A DNA stretch of 34,326 nucleotides from Minisyncoccota bacterium (GCA_021129655.1 JAJOLC010000019.1:1-34326); one strand, 5' to 3'. Shown: positions 1 through 9,721, numbered from the stretch's first letter. Made by a program: numbers and translations. The notes: generated from the letters alone by a model not told the origin.

Positions 1-407
1 GCACTTAGAACCGAATTTCGAATATCAATCATTCCATTATAAAGCTCCTGCATCACATCAAACTGAGCATCTTCAATTTCACTCTCACTAGGAATCAAAT
101 CGTACCGACAGTGATCAATTTCTCCCTTCAGCTGGTTTAGCTGTTGCCTGAATAATTCAAATACCTGCACTCCGTCAACAGCTCCAAACTGCAACTCTTT
201 GTAACTATCTTCTATAGCGATTGCTTCATAGTTAAGAATTTCAGTATACAAAGCCTCAGCATTTTCCTGGAAAGCTTCAAGATCTTCAATACTAGATAAA
301 TCTAACTCTCTCTGCTCTACCTCACTGGACTCCTCGTTCGACAAAACAGGCTCCTGCTCAGAAGTTGCTGATGGTTTTGTATTTTGCTGAAGTACTTCTA
401 AAGCCAT
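1..407 (-). CDS. Hypothetical acidic protein, runs off the left edge of the window
   Basis: Not in the ORF track. ATG at 407, 14 nt after the ATPase stop. Reads MALEVLQQNTKPSATSEQEPVLSNEE...DVMQELYNGMIDIRNSVLS with no stop seen before position 1. Confidence 0.7.
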   Translation of the reverse strand, partial: MALEVLQQNTKPSATSEQEPVLSNEESSEVEQRELDLSSIEDLEAFQENAEALYTEILNYEAIAIEDSYKELQFGAVDGVQVFELFRQQLNQLKGEIDHCRYDLIPSESEIEDAQFDVMQELYNGMIDIRNSVLS

Positions 408-421
408 AAATAATATATATT

Positions 422-3202
422 CTACATCATCTTGGGAGCCGGTGGCACACGTGGCGCAGGCTTTTGGTAACGCAGTCTAATCTCTTCCTCTACTTCTGTT
501 CGTAAACGACCATGCTTAGCTAGACTTTTAGCGATAAGTTCCTCTACCCTGTTTCTATCCACCGGCGCTGGTGCATTGGTAGCGATACTAAATGGCGGCG
601 TCGGGGTACCGTCGGCCAACACTCGCAAAAAGGCGTTTCGGTTAGGAACATTCATTAAATCACTCTGATTAAAGACCGGGGAAAACTGCGACTCAAGGTA
701 CTGTGCATCTTCAGGACCCACTCTAAAGGCTGCCATTGAACCAACGTTTCCGAACACAGCATCTTTGATATCTGGCTGTAACTGAGCAATAAATTGATGA
801 GCAATAGTTAGGCCCAGCTTGTACTTCCGAGCCTCGGACAAGATAGCAGAAATGGAGTCAGTGGAGATATTCTGAAACTCATCCATATGCAAATAGAATG
901 GCGCGAAACTTTTACTCGGGTCATCAACTCGAGACAAGGCTGCCATAAGAATTTTACCCACCACAATCATTCCGATTAAATTGGAATTAATCTCTCCTAG
1001 CCTACCTTTAGCTAGGTTAACCAAAAGAATTTGCTTGTTGTCCATCACTTTTCGGAAATCGAATGATGAGTGTTGCTGGCCGATAATTGGTCTCATGTAG
1101 TCGTTGGCGGTGAAGACGTCGAACTTAGATACAATATAAGGAACAATATTTTCTAATGAAGCCTCTCCCCCGGCCTTTAGAGCAATCTCCCTCCAGAACT
1201 GAACTACTACCGGATTCTTCGCTCGTTCTAATTTGTATCTACGATACTTATCGTCAGTCATCACTCGACCAATATCCATTAGAGTATTTCCACTGTCGGG
1301 GTCTTCCATCACCAGCATGGTGGCATTTCTGAAGTACTGCTCGAACATTGGACCCATAGATTCTGGGTTAGCGCCGTACAACTTCTGGAAAATTGAGAAT
1401 AACTCATTCACCACGAAAGTCTTTTGTTCTGGCTTAGAGTAGTCATACTCCAGCATATTAAGACCGACTACTCGCTCCATGTTTGATGGATCAAAATAAA
1501 TCACATCGTCTTCCCTTTCTGATGGAATCGAAGCTAACACGTCTTCAATATCGGTACCGTGTGGGTCAATCATACAGACACCGTCTCCTCGCAAGATATC
1601 CTGCACAATCATGTTCTTCATCAACGTAGTCTTACCAGTACCGGTCTGGCCGATAATATAAAAGTGCCGCAGTCGGTCTTCGTCAGTAATGAATATGTCT
1701 CTCTCTACATTACGATGCTTATTGAGACCCAACAGTGTCCCTTCAGTCGGAAGATTCGTTGGGGCCGGGGCAGAATTAGCGTAGGACTGCTTGAATTGCG
1801 GAGCCGAGCTAACACCGTCGCCCGGAAAATGAACCAATGTGGCCAACTCGGTAGCTGAGAGAGGTAAAAGGGTTTTGGTAGATAATTTACGGAATGAAAA
1901 GGCCTCTTGTGCGTGACGGAGGTGCAATCCTTGCTGTAGTTTGAAGCCGACTTTATTTCCATCATTATTATCAAATTGATGAAAGGACGCCTCAATTTCA
2001 GACAAGACACTTTCTGCCTGACTCTGATCCTTTGCCGATACAACCAACCTAATATTTACCTCCAAGATATTAGACTCCAACTTTTTCTTAAATAACTCAA
2101 TCGCTTCATTATCAATTTCTTTTGATTCCTCCTCTTTATCAACGCTTTTTTTGGAACCCAACAAATCATTTTTAACAAAATCACCAACCGAAAAAAATAG
2201 GTCTCCCATTGTAGTACTGCGTTTGATTGCCTCTCTAGCAGACTGCCCGTCTTCGACAGCTTCAATAATATCTTGATAGTTCTTTCTGTAGTTCTTGTTG
2301 GGGTGACGAACTACAAATTGTAGTGCTGCCCCACTGTCAGCTCCGCCAATTTTAGAAAAAGCATTCAGCACTACCTCTAAGGGATCCGTAGCGAATTCCT
2401 CGTGTGTTCTTAGAGGGTAAATTGGATGCTTTTGTAGGACTAAATCTGCCACGAGTGTATGCCCACCATCTATATAGATATTATAGTCATGTGGTTGTTC
2501 TGTTAGAACGGCATGTGGAAATAATGATAAAGTCTGCTTCTCAAACAATGATTTAAAGTCGTCTGGGACAGCTACGTAAATAACAATATCGTGACTATTG
2601 TTCGCAACTGCAATTTCTATGACAAAGTGATTACCTTCGCGTGCCGAACCAATAGTTCGAAGGCCAGACAACAGTTGCTCCATAGTTCCAACCAATTCAC
2701 TCAACTGATATTCTTTCCTATCAGCGTCTTTGTTTGCAGGCAAAGTTACTTCATAGAGAGTCATATGTAATAGATGCCAGGGAGGAACTCCTTTCTTAAA
2801 GTCAGCCAACTCGGCTCCCTTATGGACATGCTCAACAATGCGCTTATGCACCTCGTCTATCACATAAGCATTGTTCACCTTATCAAGAACCGTTAGTGCG
2901 TTCTTAATACCCTTATCAAACACAATCTGCATCACTTCTTCGACCGGGTCATGGGAGAACTCTACTGACTTAGCTGAGTGCTTCAACTCGTTTCCATCTA
3001 GCTCATAGGCAGGTTCAAGAATAGTCTTTGGAGTGAAACTGACATATTCATTTATTTGTTGTCTAACAATTGTCTCAGCATCAGACTCATCAACTCCAGC
3101 TGAACGCCCGAGCACTTCTTGCTCCTTTTTAGCAATCTGTTGACGTAGAAAAGTAATTTCCTCCTCAGGCGAAGAGAATTTTTGTGGAACACCTTCATTC
3201 AT
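422..3202 (-). CDS. VirD4/TraG/TrwB-like (HerA/FtsK superfamily, DUF87-type) P-loop ATPase
   Basis: RLRHFYIIGQTGTGKT (Walker A), IDPHG, LHMDEFQN (Walker B), SEARKY, AHQFIAQL, GNVGS..FRVG are all typical of coupling-protein-like ATPases. Start moved to ATG 3202 (MNEGVP), 6 nt after a TATTAT -10 box. Confidence 0.85.
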   Translation of the reverse strand: MNEGVPQKFSSPEEEITFLRQQIAKKEQEVLGRSAGVDESDAETIVRQQINEYVSFTPKTILEPAYELDGNELKHSAKSVEFSHDPVEEVMQIVFDKGIKNALTVLDKVNNAYVIDEVHKRIVEHVHKGAELADFKKGVPPWHLLHMTLYEVTLPANKDADRKEYQLSELVGTMEQLLSGLRTIGSAREGNHFVIEIAVANNSHDIVIYVAVPDDFKSLFEKQTLSLFPHAVLTEQPHDYNIYIDGGHTLVADLVLQKHPIYPLRTHEEFATDPLEVVLNAFSKIGGADSGAALQFVVRHPNKNYRKNYQDIIEAVEDGQSAREAIKRSTTMGDLFFSVGDFVKNDLLGSKKSVDKEEESKEIDNEAIELFKKKLESNILEVNIRLVVSAKDQSQAESVLSEIEASFHQFDNNDGNKVGFKLQQGLHLRHAQEAFSFRKLSTKTLLPLSATELATLVHFPGDGVSSAPQFKQSYANSAPAPTNLPTEGTLLGLNKHRNVERDIFITDEDRLRHFYIIGQTGTGKTTLMKNMIVQDILRGDGVCMIDPHGTDIEDVLASIPSEREDDVIYFDPSNMERVVGLNMLEYDYSKPEQKTFVVNELFSIFQKLYGANPESMGPMFEQYFRNATMLVMEDPDSGNTLMDIGRVMTDDKYRRYKLERAKNPVVVQFWREIALKAGGEASLENIVPYIVSKFDVFTANDYMRPIIGQQHSSFDFRKVMDNKQILLVNLAKGRLGEINSNLIGMIVVGKILMAALSRVDDPSKSFAPFYLHMDEFQNISTDSISAILSEARKYKLGLTIAHQFIAQLQPDIKDAVFGNVGSMAAFRVGPEDAQYLESQFSPVFNQSDLMNVPNRNAFLRVLADGTPTPPFSIATNAPAPVDRNRVEELIAKSLAKHGRLRTEVEEEIRLRYQKPAPRVPPAPKMM

Positions 3203-3270
3203 AGGATAATAATACCGCACGGAGTGGGATTTTATGGAGCTAATCCCCTGTTACAGAAATGAAGTCCTGA

Positions 3271-4284
3271 TTATTTTTTCGCTAGAACTGCTCGTTTGTA
3301 GGCACTAAGGTGTTCTAGTGCAATACCAGTTCCTTTTGCTACACAGAATAGAGCTTGATCGGCTACCGCTGCTTTTACTCCAGTTCGACGTCGGATTAGT
3401 TCCGGGAAGTTTCGTAGCTGTGAAGTTCCTCCAGTCATGATGATTCCTCCGTCAATTATGTCTGCTGCTAGTTCGGGTGGAGTTTCTTGAAACACATCTT
3501 TAATAGCCTTTACCATTTCCCTTAACTCTCTACCAACCGCCTTTACCATTTCATTACTTCTAATCTCTGTTGTTCTAGGTAAACCTGAAAGCATGTCGCG
3601 GCCCTTAATATCCATCACAAGCTCCTCCTCAAGTGGTAAAGCTGATCCGACTTTAATCTTAATCTCTTCAGCGGTCTTTTCTCCAATCGACAGGTTGCGG
3701 GTTTTCTTTACGTAGTCAATTATTGCCGCGTCGATTCTGTTGCCGGCACACTTCACTGAGTTAGAAGCCACAATACCTCCGAGCGAAATAACCGCCACAT
3801 CGATAGTTCCACCACCAATATCTACAATAATGTGTCCTTGCGGTTCATAAATCTTCACACCGGCGCCAATTGCAGCCAGGATGGGTTCTTTTACCACAAA
3901 GGCATTCTTAGCCCCAGCCTTCATAGTGGCTTCTACCACAGCCCGCCGCTCAGTCGAGGTCACACCAGCCGGCACAGACACCATCACATCTGGTCGGAAT
4001 AAGTGGTACTTACTCATTGATTTACGAAGAAAGTAACGAAGCATAGCTTCAGTCACTCGGTAGTCAGCAATCACACCATCTTTCATCGGACGATAAGCCC
4101 TAATGTTGTCAGGGGTTCGTCCAATCATAAGCTTAGCTTCCGAGCCAACAGCCAGAACTTTGTTGTCTTCAGACACCGCTACTACCGACGGCTCATTCAG
4201 AACTATCCCTTGTCCGGGTATAAAAACAAGAATATTAGTAGTACCTAAATCGATACCAACTTTTGGAGTCAAATTACCAAGCAT
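3271..4284 (-). CDS. mreB: Rod shape-determining actin homologue MreB/Mbl
   Basis: GIDLGTTN, NEPSVVA, RPMKDGVIADY, VDIGGGT, TAEEIKI, TGGTSQL motifs; 337 aa. Confidence 0.95.
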   Translation of the reverse strand: MLGNLTPKVGIDLGTTNILVFIPGQGIVLNEPSVVAVSEDNKVLAVGSEAKLMIGRTPDNIRAYRPMKDGVIADYRVTEAMLRYFLRKSMSKYHLFRPDVMVSVPAGVTSTERRAVVEATMKAGAKNAFVVKEPILAAIGAGVKIYEPQGHIIVDIGGGTIDVAVISLGGIVASNSVKCAGNRIDAAIIDYVKKTRNLSIGEKTAEEIKIKVGSALPLEEELVMDIKGRDMLSGLPRTTEIRSNEMVKAVGRELREMVKAIKDVFQETPPELAADIIDGGIIMTGGTSQLRNFPELIRRRTGVKAAVADQALFCVAKGTGIALEHLSAYKRAVLAKK

Positions 4285-4335
4285 ATATTAAGCCAATAGT
4301 ACCCGTTTTACACAATAGTACAACGTGCACTCTAT

Positions 4336-4354
4336 ATAGCATATATGCTATGCT
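4336..4354 (+). promoter_or_regulatory. Perfect 16-bp palindrome ATAGCATATATGCTAT (4336-4351) overlapping the extended -10 TGCTATGCT (4346-4354) of XRE-murA; candidate operator
   Basis: Palindrome read directly from the sequence; the -10 lies 8 nt before ATG 4363. Confidence 0.55.
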
Positions 4355-4362
4355 TTAGGTCT

Positions 4363-5862
4363 ATGCAACACATTGGAACTCGTATCACGGACGTTCGAGA
4401 AACGGCCGGAATGACTCAGGAAGCCTTAGCCAAGAAAATTGGCACTACTCAGAGCGCGATTGCTCGCATTGAATCTGGCAGGCAAAATGTCAGCGCTGAC
4501 ATGTTAAAGAAAATTGGTAAAGCTTTGGGCAAAAATCTTATCACCCTATCCCCCGGCACAGTCAATGTGTCTATCGAAGGCGGGAAGAAACTGTCTGGCG
4601 TAATCGAAACCAACACTTCTAAGAATGGTGCGGTTGGTCTACTGTGTGCTTCTTTGCTGAACAAGGGTAAAACCACTCTTCACAAAATGCCTCGTATCGA
4701 GGAGGTACACCGACTGGTTGAAGTATTGGAAAGTATTGATGTAAAAGTAGACTGGAAAGGTTCCACACTTACAATCACCCCTCCAAAGTCTTTTAGTCTA
4801 CAGAAAATAGATGTTGAAGCCGCTATGAAAACTCGCAGCATCGTGATGTTCATCGGACCTTTAATTCACCAGCTGAGATCATTCTCACTTCCTCAGTCTG
4901 GAGGATGTAAACTAGGCAGCCGCACTGTAAAGCCGCACTTTTATGCCCTTGAACATTTCGGAGTTGATATTCAAGCGACTGATGACGCCTTCGTTGTTAA
5001 AACTAGCATCAAACAACCCGAGGAAATCATTCTTTACGAATCAGGTGACACCGTGACTGAAAATGCTTTATTCGCAGCCGCTGGCAGCGCCGGAACAACT
5101 ATCATTAAATACGCTTCTTCAAACTACATGGTGCAGGAAGTTTGTACTTTCCTACAACTGTTTGGAGTAAAGATTGAAGGCTTTGGCACCACAACCTTAA
5201 CTGTAACCGGCGTTGGTTCAATTAACCAAGATATTGAATATACCTTGGCTGAGGACCCAACAGACACAATGTTCTTTCTAGCCGCTGCGGTTGTAACGAA
5301 TTCAAGTATCACTATTACTCGTTGTCCGATTGAATTCCTAGAACTAGAGCTACTAAAGCTTGAAAAAATGGGATTTAAGTACAAAAAATCAAAAGTTTAT
5401 TACGGTCATAACGGCGTAATTAAATTAGTAGACATCACCACCAGGCCGTCTAAGCTGGTTTCTCTGCATGAAAAAGTCTACGCTCGACCTTATCCAGGGC
5501 TAAATATAGATAACCTTCCTTTCTTCGCTGTTATAGCCACGCAAGCAGAAGGTCAGACTTTGATTCATGACTGGGTGTATGAAAAGCGAGCAATTTACTT
5601 TACAGAATTAGACAAATTAGGGGCCGAAACAGTACTAGCTGACCCGCACCGAATCTATATCAATGGTCCCACTAAACTTAAAGGCACTGAACTTATCTGC
5701 CCCCCAGCTCTCCGACCGGCCACTATTCTGCTCATTGCCATGCTTGGCGCATCTGGACACTCAGTTCTACGTAATATATACAGCATCAACCGTGGCTATG
5801 AAAAATTAGTAGAGCGACTGGAATCTTTGGGAGCTTCAATCTCATATATTGATGAATTCTAA
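4363..5862 (+). CDS. murA: UDP-N-acetylglucosamine 1-carboxyvinyltransferase with N-terminal XRE/Cro-C1 HTH domain
   Basis: The N-terminus IRxxR-like ITDVRETAGMTQEALAKKIGTTQSAIARIESGRQN is a classic HTH_3. MurA motifs: SKNG (K22 equivalent), GGCKLGSR (catalytic Cys loop), YPGLNIDN, INRGYEKLVERL. ATG 4363 is preferred to 4345 because 4345 lies within the promoter. Confidence 0.92.
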   Translation: MQHIGTRITDVRETAGMTQEALAKKIGTTQSAIARIESGRQNVSADMLKKIGKALGKNLITLSPGTVNVSIEGGKKLSGVIETNTSKNGAVGLLCASLLNKGKTTLHKMPRIEEVHRLVEVLESIDVKVDWKGSTLTITPPKSFSLQKIDVEAAMKTRSIVMFIGPLIHQLRSFSLPQSGGCKLGSRTVKPHFYALEHFGVDIQATDDAFVVKTSIKQPEEIILYESGDTVTENALFAAAGSAGTTIIKYASSNYMVQEVCTFLQLFGVKIEGFGTTTLTVTGVGSINQDIEYTLAEDPTDTMFFLAAAVVTNSSITITRCPIEFLELELLKLEKMGFKYKKSKVYYGHNGVIKLVDITTRPSKLVSLHEKVYARPYPGLNIDNLPFFAVIATQAEGQTLIHDWVYEKRAIYFTELDKLGAETVLADPHRIYINGPTKLKGTELICPPALRPATILLIAMLGASGHSVLRNIYSINRGYEKLVERLESLGASISYIDEF

Positions 5863-5873
5863 CGATTAGCCAC

Positions 5874-5913
5874 AAGGCCGCTCGATTGGCAATACAGCCA
5901 ATCGAGCGGCCTT
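5874..5913 (+). terminator. 17-bp perfect inverted repeat between murA and priA (terminator-like hairpin)
   Basis: AAGGCCGCTCGATTGGC-AATACA-GCCAATCGAGCGGCCTT with only a short T tail, immediately followed by TGCTATAAT. Confidence 0.65.
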
Positions 5914-5930
5914 TGCTATAATGCTCTCAC

Positions 5931-7826
5931 ATGTTCGTAACTCAAGTAACTCCTTTAATCCGTGGAACCAAACTTGAGTCTCTATCATACTTCTCAAGTA
6001 TAGAATATACCGTTGGTAGCTTTGTAGAAGTACCAATAAGAGGCAAAACCCAAACAGCAATCGTGACGGAGACCCGGTCTGTCAGCACCACCAAAACTGC
6101 CCTTAAAGCAGCTACCTTTTCTCTTCGCAAGCTACCAAACCAACCAGACCCGGTAGTTCTTCCTGAAACAATTCGTGACACAGCTTCTGAATTAGCAAAA
6201 ATCTACCCAGCTGCTATTGGCGGGATACTATTCGGCCTGCTTCCTCCTGATATACGAAATGGCTCAAGAGCCTACCCACGTCCAGACCTTGGTAACCACA
6301 ATGAAGAAACCATCCCTCAACTCCTGACTGCAAAAATTGACGAGCGGTACAGTGCTTACCAAAGCTTCATTAGAAGCACTTTTGCTCACCGCGGTTCAAT
6401 CATGTTTGTGGTGCCGACAGCAGTTGATATTCCCTATGCAGTAAAGCAGCTGGGTACCGGTATTGAAGACCGCTTAGTAGTATTTTCTCCAAGTCAGACT
6501 AAGCGTCAGCGAGATACTTCATACCGAAAATTGGTGGACACTACTACCGCTAAATTAATCATCACCACTCCTTCTTACGCCTATCTGGAGCGAGTGGACC
6601 TGATAGCCATAATCATTGAGCAATCATCAAGCGGACACTACGTAACAAAACAGCGACCTTACCTAGACCATCGAGACGCTCTTATTACTTACGCCCGAGT
6701 TTCTGGACGCTCTATATTGCTCGGTGACACTGTTCCGAGAACCGAAGACGAGGTAAGGAGGCGTGACGAACGCTACCTAACCTATGATGAGGAAGCTAAG
6801 CGAATTGCTTTCACTTCACCAGTTTCCATAGTCACTCAAAAAGACAAACCTAAGCCAGATTTAGCTTTTCAGTTATTTTCTAAGGAGTTAGTAACTAGTG
6901 TTGAGCGGGCCCTAGAAGCTAAGGGACACGTATTTTTCTACGCTGCCAGACGTGGACTAGCCCCAGTAGTAGCCTGCATAGACTGTGGGAATATTTTCCG
7001 CTGTCCAGACTCCAATACACCATACTCACTAATCCGAACCTTCAAAAACGGTGAAGAAAAGCGCTGGTTCGTATCCAGCACGTCAGGAAGGCGAGTACCT
7101 GCTTCTGATGTGTGTCCGCACTGTGGCTCTTGGCGGTTACGAGAAAGAGGGATTGGAATACAACAGGTATATGATGAGTGGAAAAATAAATTCCCTGACA
7201 CCGATGTAACTATCATGGATAGTACTACAGCCAGCACTCCCAAAAAAGCTGAGAAGCTGGCGGAAGAATTCTTTGCTAAAAAATCTGGAGTATTGATTGG
7301 AACTCAGATAGCTTTACCGTTCCTAAATCACGGGGTTGATGTGAGCGCCATCATCTCTCTTGATGCAGCTCGCTCAATTCCCACCTGGAGAGCGGACGAG
7401 TCATTATTTAGGCTAATATTAAGATTACGCGAATGCACTGTTAAAGAAGTGGTAATTCAGACACGAACCGAAACAGATAACCTGATGATTCACTCAACTC
7501 GAGGAGCCATCGAAAGATTTTATGATGATGAAATCGCTCTTCGGAAGATGCTTCAATACCCTCCTTTCAGCACCTTCATTCTTCTAACCTGGATTGGAAC
7601 CGTAAGTTCTGTATTAGAATTAGCAAAACCTATCATGACGATACTAGGAGACCATGAAGTCCAATACTACAACGACCCAAACTCAACTAAGGACAAAACT
7701 CAGCGACATGGGTTAATACGAATCCCCCAAGGAGAAGGAGCTGCTATTTATCCTGACCTACTGGCCAAGCTACGCAGCCTACCGCCTTATGTGAAGGTGG
7801 AAATAAATCCCGAAAGAATTGTCTAA
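5931..7826 (+). CDS. priA: Primosomal protein N' (PriA)-like, helicase motifs degenerate
   Basis: N-terminal 3'-binding domain (LSYFS..VGSFVEVPIRG), RRG.APVVACIDCG..CP..CPHCGS, GIGIQQV, IGTQ, VVIQT, RKMLQYPPF. Sits upstream of def-fmt, the usual priA-def-fmt arrangement. Confidence 0.85.
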   Translation: MFVTQVTPLIRGTKLESLSYFSSIEYTVGSFVEVPIRGKTQTAIVTETRSVSTTKTALKAATFSLRKLPNQPDPVVLPETIRDTASELAKIYPAAIGGILFGLLPPDIRNGSRAYPRPDLGNHNEETIPQLLTAKIDERYSAYQSFIRSTFAHRGSIMFVVPTAVDIPYAVKQLGTGIEDRLVVFSPSQTKRQRDTSYRKLVDTTTAKLIITTPSYAYLERVDLIAIIIEQSSSGHYVTKQRPYLDHRDALITYARVSGRSILLGDTVPRTEDEVRRRDERYLTYDEEAKRIAFTSPVSIVTQKDKPKPDLAFQLFSKELVTSVERALEAKGHVFFYAARRGLAPVVACIDCGNIFRCPDSNTPYSLIRTFKNGEEKRWFVSSTSGRRVPASDVCPHCGSWRLRERGIGIQQVYDEWKNKFPDTDVTIMDSTTASTPKKAEKLAEEFFAKKSGVLIGTQIALPFLNHGVDVSAIISLDAARSIPTWRADESLFRLILRLRECTVKEVVIQTRTETDNLMIHSTRGAIERFYDDEIALRKMLQYPPFSTFILLTWIGTVSSVLELAKPIMTILGDHEVQYYNDPNSTKDKTQRHGLIRIPQGEGAAIYPDLLAKLRSLPPYVKVEINPERIV

Positions 7827-7868
7827 ACCCTTCGCAAATGCACTCTTATTTGCTATAGTACGAAAACT

Positions 7869-8390
7869 ATGGCCAAGCTAGTACCCGAAAACCACCCAGC
7901 ATTACACACTATCGCTGAAGAAATTACAGCTGAGGAATTTTCTGATGGAACAGTAGCAAAAATCGTTAAGGACCTTAGATCAGCTATCAAGACTTACGAT
8001 GTAGACGGTTATGCTGCCGTCGCTATTGCAGCTCCTCAAATTGGAGTATCAAAACGAATTTTTATTATCGAGGACCAAAGCGATCGAGACGACTCCTTAC
8101 CCACCATTGTGGCAGTAAACCCGTCTTTCATAAAGTTATCCAAGAAGATGCAGGAAATGGGCGAAGGTTGTCTGTCTATACCCGACACCTACGGCATAGT
8201 TCGTCGACACAAGAATGTAACTATCAAGGCTCTCGATGAAAATAACGAACAATTCTCTCGTGGAGCTGGAGGACTATTGTCTCAAATAATGCAACATGAG
8301 ACTGATCACCTGGACGGTATCTTATTCCCTGAGCGAGCTGAAAGAACATGGCAAAAGAGTGACGAGCCAGAAGACGAAGAGCCTGAATAA
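7869..8390 (+). CDS. def: Peptide deformylase
   Basis: AIAAPQIG, EGCLSIP and QHETDHLDG metal-binding motifs. Confidence 0.96.
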   Translation: MAKLVPENHPALHTIAEEITAEEFSDGTVAKIVKDLRSAIKTYDVDGYAAVAIAAPQIGVSKRIFIIEDQSDRDDSLPTIVAVNPSFIKLSKKMQEMGEGCLSIPDTYGIVRRHKNVTIKALDENNEQFSRGAGGLLSQIMQHETDHLDGILFPERAERTWQKSDEPEDEEPE

Positions 8391-8391
8391 T

Positions 8392-9273
8392 ATGGAACCT
8401 TCATTTAAATTTGTATTCTTTGGTGGCGAGCCATTAGCAGTACCAGTATTAGAAAAACTTAAAGAGGAAGGGTTAATGCCAGATTTGATTATCTGCAACC
8501 CGGATCGACCGAGCGGTCGCGGGCAAGAACTCAGTGAACCGCCAGCTAAAGTTTGGGCTGAGGAGCAAGGAATCGAAGTATTTCAACCGAGCTCATACAA
8601 AGATGGTGTAGCTAAGGAGAAGCTGTCTCAAGGTAAATGGGATGTGTTCGTTGTGGTTGCTTACAACTTTATTCTGCCTAAATGGCTGTTAGATATTCCT
8701 GAACGTGGTGTTGTTAACGTGCACCCCTCTCTCCTGCCTAAACTCAGAGGCTCAAGTCCTATCCGCACTGCCATCAAAGACAATCTACCTGAAGATGTTG
8801 GAGTTACTATTATGCTACTTGATGAAAAAATGGACGAAGGCCCAACGCTGGAGCAAGAGGAGCTACCACTAACTAAAGCCAACTGGCCAATGAGTGGGCC
8901 CGAGCTAGACAAGACCCTAGCCGAACTCGGTGGTGAGTTGCTAGCCGAAATTTTACCAGCCTGGGTAGCAGATGAACTGTCCCCCCAAGAACAAGAGCAC
9001 AAAGCCGCCACTTACTGCGGAAAGCTTAGTAAGAGTGACAGTGAGCTAAGTATCGACCCCCAGCGCATGTTAGCCGGCCGAGAAGCAACGAAGGCTTGGC
9101 ATACTATAAATGCTTTTGTGGGTATCGGTGACACATTCTTCATGCACAATGGAAAGCGAGTAAAAATTAAGAAGGCGGAGCTTACTAACGGCGGCTCATT
9201 ACGTTTACTTAGAGTAATTCCAGAAGGTAAGAAAGAGATTGATTTTAACGACTATCTGAACCGGTTGACTTAA
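8392..9273 (+). CDS. fmt: Methionyl-tRNA formyltransferase
   Basis: FVFFGG, PDRPSGRG, VVVAYNFILP, NVHPSLLPKLRGSSPI, MDEGP. Likely start ATG 8392, 1 nt after the def stop. Confidence 0.95.
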   Translation: MEPSFKFVFFGGEPLAVPVLEKLKEEGLMPDLIICNPDRPSGRGQELSEPPAKVWAEEQGIEVFQPSSYKDGVAKEKLSQGKWDVFVVVAYNFILPKWLLDIPERGVVNVHPSLLPKLRGSSPIRTAIKDNLPEDVGVTIMLLDEKMDEGPTLEQEELPLTKANWPMSGPELDKTLAELGGELLAEILPAWVADELSPQEQEHKAATYCGKLSKSDSELSIDPQRMLAGREATKAWHTINAFVGIGDTFFMHNGKRVKIKKAELTNGGSLRLLRVIPEGKKEIDFNDYLNRLT

Positions 9274-9324
9274 GTAACACAAAAGACCGGAAAGGCTTAG
9301 CTTTTCCGGTCTTTTGTGTTACTT
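9272..9324. terminator. Bidirectional terminator hairpin between convergent fmt and hpf
   Basis: 22-bp perfect arms AAGTAACACAAAAGACCGGAAA / TTTCCGGTCTTTTGTGTTACTT around GGCTTAGCT. Confidence 0.85.
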
Positions 9325-9331
9325 TCCTACC

Positions 9332-9700
9332 CTACTGATTATCTTCTAGCATCCGCTCCTTCGCCTCCCTTCCGGCGTTTTTATCTAAGGTAACTTGCTT
9401 CTCTTTAGCACGTCTCATTTCCTTGTCTAACTCACTCCTAACCTCATCTACAGCCTTCTCAAAGCTCTCCTCAGTAGCTTCAGCTCTATACGCATTACCA
9501 TTAACAGTCAAGTTAGCTGTTACCTGATGAATTTGACCATTATTATGCGGAGCAACCTTACTAAATTCAACCTCACAAGCAACTGATTCACCATCATGAA
9601 TGAATTTTTCTAAGGACTTCATCTTTTGGTCAACCAATTCTGCCAATATTTTTGCATCATCCACATCATTGTACTTGTACTTAATAACAGGAAATGTCAT
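9332..9700 (-). CDS. hpf: Ribosome hibernation promoting factor (HPF/RaiA, S30AE domain)
   Basis: Pattern KMKSLEKFI...CEVEF...VTANLTVNG..YRAEATEESFEKAVDEVRSELDKEMRRAKEK matches the S30AE fold; 122 aa. Confidence 0.85.
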   Translation of the reverse strand: MTFPVIKYKYNDVDDAKILAELVDQKMKSLEKFIHDGESVACEVEFSKVAPHNNGQIHQVTANLTVNGNAYRAEATEESFEKAVDEVRSELDKEMRRAKEKQVTLDKNAGREAKERMLEDNQ

Positions 9701-9721
9701 ATCAATATAAAACTTAAACTA

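Noticed and set aside
8296-8391. N-terminal extension of Fmt
   Set aside because: It overlaps def by 95 nt. ATG 8392, right after the def stop, gives a normal Fmt N-terminus.
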